7,780 nucleotides of DNA from a virus (Duplodnaviria > Heunggongvirae > Uroviricota > Caudoviricetes): IMG/VR virus record IMGVR_UViG_2537562231_000014, positions 1 to 7,780 of that record; one strand, written 5' to 3'. The translations under genes were made by a program, and so were the position numbers. Below the pieces are notes generated by a model that did no database searches, was not told the DNA's origin, and saw nothing but the letters and a program-made list of their open reading frames with translations. Numbering within the stretch: position 1 is the first letter of the stretch; every line of letters starts with the position of its first letter. Below, in pieces: positions 6,352-7,780 of the stretch.

Positions 6352-6684
6352 TTAAGTCTTCAGAGAACCAGTAATTATTCCCGGTAGTTTTCCTCTGTAG
6401 ATTATCAACACATCCTGCGCCTCTAAAATGATGGGCCGCTTTTCCGGCAACGGACCATCCCCTTCACATAACCCGGCAGCAACATCCATGAAAAACTGCT
6501 TCGCCTGCTTTTTCGCCTCAGCTTCGTAAAACTCCAGCGTGGCTCCTTCAGTACGGTCAAGACTAATCGCCACATCTGGCAACAACAGTGACGGATACCC
6601 ACCAATTTCCAGTGCCACAGTAACAGTAATCTTATCCGGGTAATTATTTATCCCTTTAACAACCAGTTCGTATTTTTTCTTCAT
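6352..6684 (-). CDS. Conserved prophage protein of unknown function inserted between holin and endolysin (possibly YdfR/DUF1327-like), 110 aa
   Basis: Track ORF MKKKYELVVKGINNYPDKITVTVALEIGGYPSLLLPDVAISLDRTEGATLEFYEAEAKKQ.... A GGAGAG Shine-Dalgarno precedes the ATG, which lies 5 nt after the holin stop. The holin-X-endolysin position matches Qin-type prophages (essQ-ydfR-rrrQ). The family name is from memory of gene order, not from sequence identity I can verify. Confidence 0.6.
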   Translation of the reverse strand: MKKKYELVVKGINNYPDKITVTVALEIGGYPSLLLPDVAISLDRTEGATLEFYEAEAKKQAKQFFMDVAAGLCEGDGPLPEKRPIILEAQDVLIIYRGKLPGIITGSLKT

Positions 6685-6688
6685 CGCT

Positions 6689-6895
6689 TTACTCTCCCCG
6701 GGCAGCCTTGCGACGGTCCTCTCTGATTTTGAAATACAGGTTAGTCAGATACGTCAGCAGGCCAAACAGCAGACTCCCCAGCACACCGATTGCCACCCAC
6801 TGGGACGGAGAGACTTTGTCCAGCAGCTGCAGTAACCAGTATCCCGTCCCCACCGCTGACGTGGTGTATGACACACCTGTTGTGATTTTTTCCAT
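6689..6895 (-). CDS. S: Class II holin (phage 21 S21-type pinholin), 68 aa
   Basis: The track ORF 6689..6964 contains [68 protein letters not shown], nearly identical in its C-terminal two-thirds to S21 as I remember it. The start is taken at ATG 6895..6893, preceded by GGAGA at a 10-nt spacing. The upstream GTG at 6964 has no Shine-Dalgarno. Confidence 0.85.
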   Translation of the reverse strand: MEKITTGVSYTTSAVGTGYWLLQLLDKVSPSQWVAIGVLGSLLFGLLTYLTNLYFKIREDRRKAARGE

Positions 6896-7151
6896 CTGAT
6901 GTATGTCTCCGTCACCGCCGACAGAAAATGAAAGTAAAGGAAAACAAAAAGCCGCCAGTGTCACCCACTGACGGCCAACGCCGGGAGCCGTGATTATGGC
7001 ATTCAGGCTCTGCTAAAAATGCCAGATAACATTCCGACCAACCCCTGATTCAGGTTATAAATGACACAATATCTTGACAACATCCGTCACTGTCTGTCAG
7101 AAAATGTACTGCCAGATATAAGTATCATGTGAAACCCAACTATCCTTCTTA

Positions 7152-7191
7152 GCCAGTACTTCTCCGACGAAAGTCAGTACTGGCTGTTTTT
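7152..7191 (+). terminator. Plus-strand rho-independent terminator, antisense to the late operon
   Basis: AGCCAGTACT-TCTCCGACGAAAG(TC)-AGTACTGGCT followed by GTTTTTTTATT: a 10-bp stem with a T7 run on the plus strand only. On the minus strand the hairpin is followed by AAGAAGG, so it is not a terminator for the late genes. Confidence 0.55.
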
Positions 7192-7194
7192 TTA

Positions 7195-7780
7195 TTATGC
7201 TGCCGGTGCATTTATCTCCAGCACCAGACTTTCTATCTCAACGCCATACGCTGCATTTTTTGTAACATCCGTCAGCGTCAGCGCATTCAGCCCCAGTGTC
7301 AGACTGTCTTTTATGACCTGGAATGCCGGGCCAGCCACTCCATTCAGTTTCGGAGTAACCGTGGCACTGCCGGCGGTGAACACCAGCTCCAGCGTCTGCC
7401 AGTCGTTACCGTAATCGCCGAACTCCCCCAGCTTCGTGTTTCCGGCTTTCCTGTGATGCATCAGATTCACTCTGCCGTCAGTGGTCTGAGTGAAGTACGA
7501 CATCAGGAACGGATTACCGGTACCCGTCATCGCCACACCATCAGGAACGGGAGCGTCCGTATACAGATAAATCCCCAGCCCGAACTGATTGTTGGTCAGT
7601 GCGCCTGACAGGCGGAACTTACAGGTCAGTCTGCCGCCCTGTGTCAGCAGGGTAATTGCGTCATCCACCGGATGCGTCAGGGACCAGGTTTTATTGCTCT
7701 GCTTGGTGATCTTAAATACACCATCTGACAACTGAATTCCGCCATCCTTAATGCTCCAGCCCTGCGCAGCAGCCTCTCCG
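7195..7780 (-). CDS. Late-region accessory (moron) protein, C-terminal 195 codons; the 5' end lies beyond the window. Function not assigned (possibly the C-terminal domain of a large NanS-p/YjhS-like protein)
   Basis: The track ORF 7195..7731 is open on the minus strand all the way to the window end (in-frame upstream: GEAAAQGWSIKDGGIQL-SDGVFKITK..., no stop), so the track start (TTG) is an artefact. It sits directly upstream of the holin, where lambdoid prophages carry morons. The beta-rich sequence (..NQFGLGIYLYTD..GEFGDYGNDWQTLELVFTAG..) suggests a binding or lectin-like domain. Confidence 0.7.
   Translation of the reverse strand, partial: GEAAAQGWSIKDGGIQLSDGVFKITKQSNKTWSLTHPVDDAITLLTQGGRLTCKFRLSGALTNNQFGLGIYLYTDAPVPDGVAMTGTGNPFLMSYFTQTTDGRVNLMHHRKAGNTKLGEFGDYGNDWQTLELVFTAGSATVTPKLNGVAGPAFQVIKDSLTLGLNALTLTDVTKNAAYGVEIESLVLEINAPAA

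Noticed and set aside
5972-6387. Plus-strand ORFs (5972..6355 and 6196..6387) antisense to the endolysin
   Set aside because: Antisense to a conserved lysozyme gene, with no ribosome-binding site. Judged spurious.
6423-6605. Minus-strand ORF of 60 aa inside the 6352..6684 gene in another frame
   Set aside because: It is nested out of frame within a longer ORF that has a proper Shine-Dalgarno. It is Arg/Cys-rich and unlikely to be real.
6708-6899. Plus-strand ORF of 63 aa antisense to the holin
   Set aside because: Antisense to a near-identical S21-type holin coding sequence, with no ribosome-binding site.
6896-7194. Possible tRNA genes between the upstream moron and the holin (as found near the late region of Stx phages)
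   Set aside because: I looked for the conserved T-arm GGTTCGAATCC-type motifs and cloverleaf-compatible stems on both strands and found none.
1-7780. CRISPR arrays, insertion sequences, integrase or attachment sites
   Set aside because: There are no regularly spaced direct repeats, no transposase-like ORF, no terminal inverted repeats and no recombinase. The window is internal to the prophage, centred on cos rather than att.

Overview
This window spans the cos junction of an integrated lambdoid prophage (a lambda / phage-21-like mosaic, enterobacterial), with nearly all genes on the minus strand. From high to low coordinate it contains: the 3' part of a late-region accessory (moron) gene running off the window end; a lysis cassette (class II pinholin, a small conserved unknown protein, a lysozyme-family endolysin with an N-terminal hydrophobic anchor, then Rz with embedded Rz1); a short accessory segment with a PerC-like regulator and a plus-strand YlcI/YnfO-like small protein; a cos site whose cosQ and cosN match phage lambda from memory but whose cosB repeats do not; and the packaging/head genes nu1 (split by a frameshift), A (terminase large subunit), W and B (portal, truncated by the window start). 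All calls rest on reading the translations and sequence against remembered lambda and phage 21 proteins; no searches were run. The most interesting unexplained signal is a roughly 300 bp insert between the endolysin and Rz carrying a terminator-like hairpin and a small single-pass membrane-protein ORF with a strong ribosome-binding site, translationally coupled to Rz. Other points worth checking are the nu1 frameshift in an A4 run, a Fur-box-like palindrome beside cos, and an AT-rich gap where lambda carries bor. No tRNA, CRISPR array, transposase or integrase is present.
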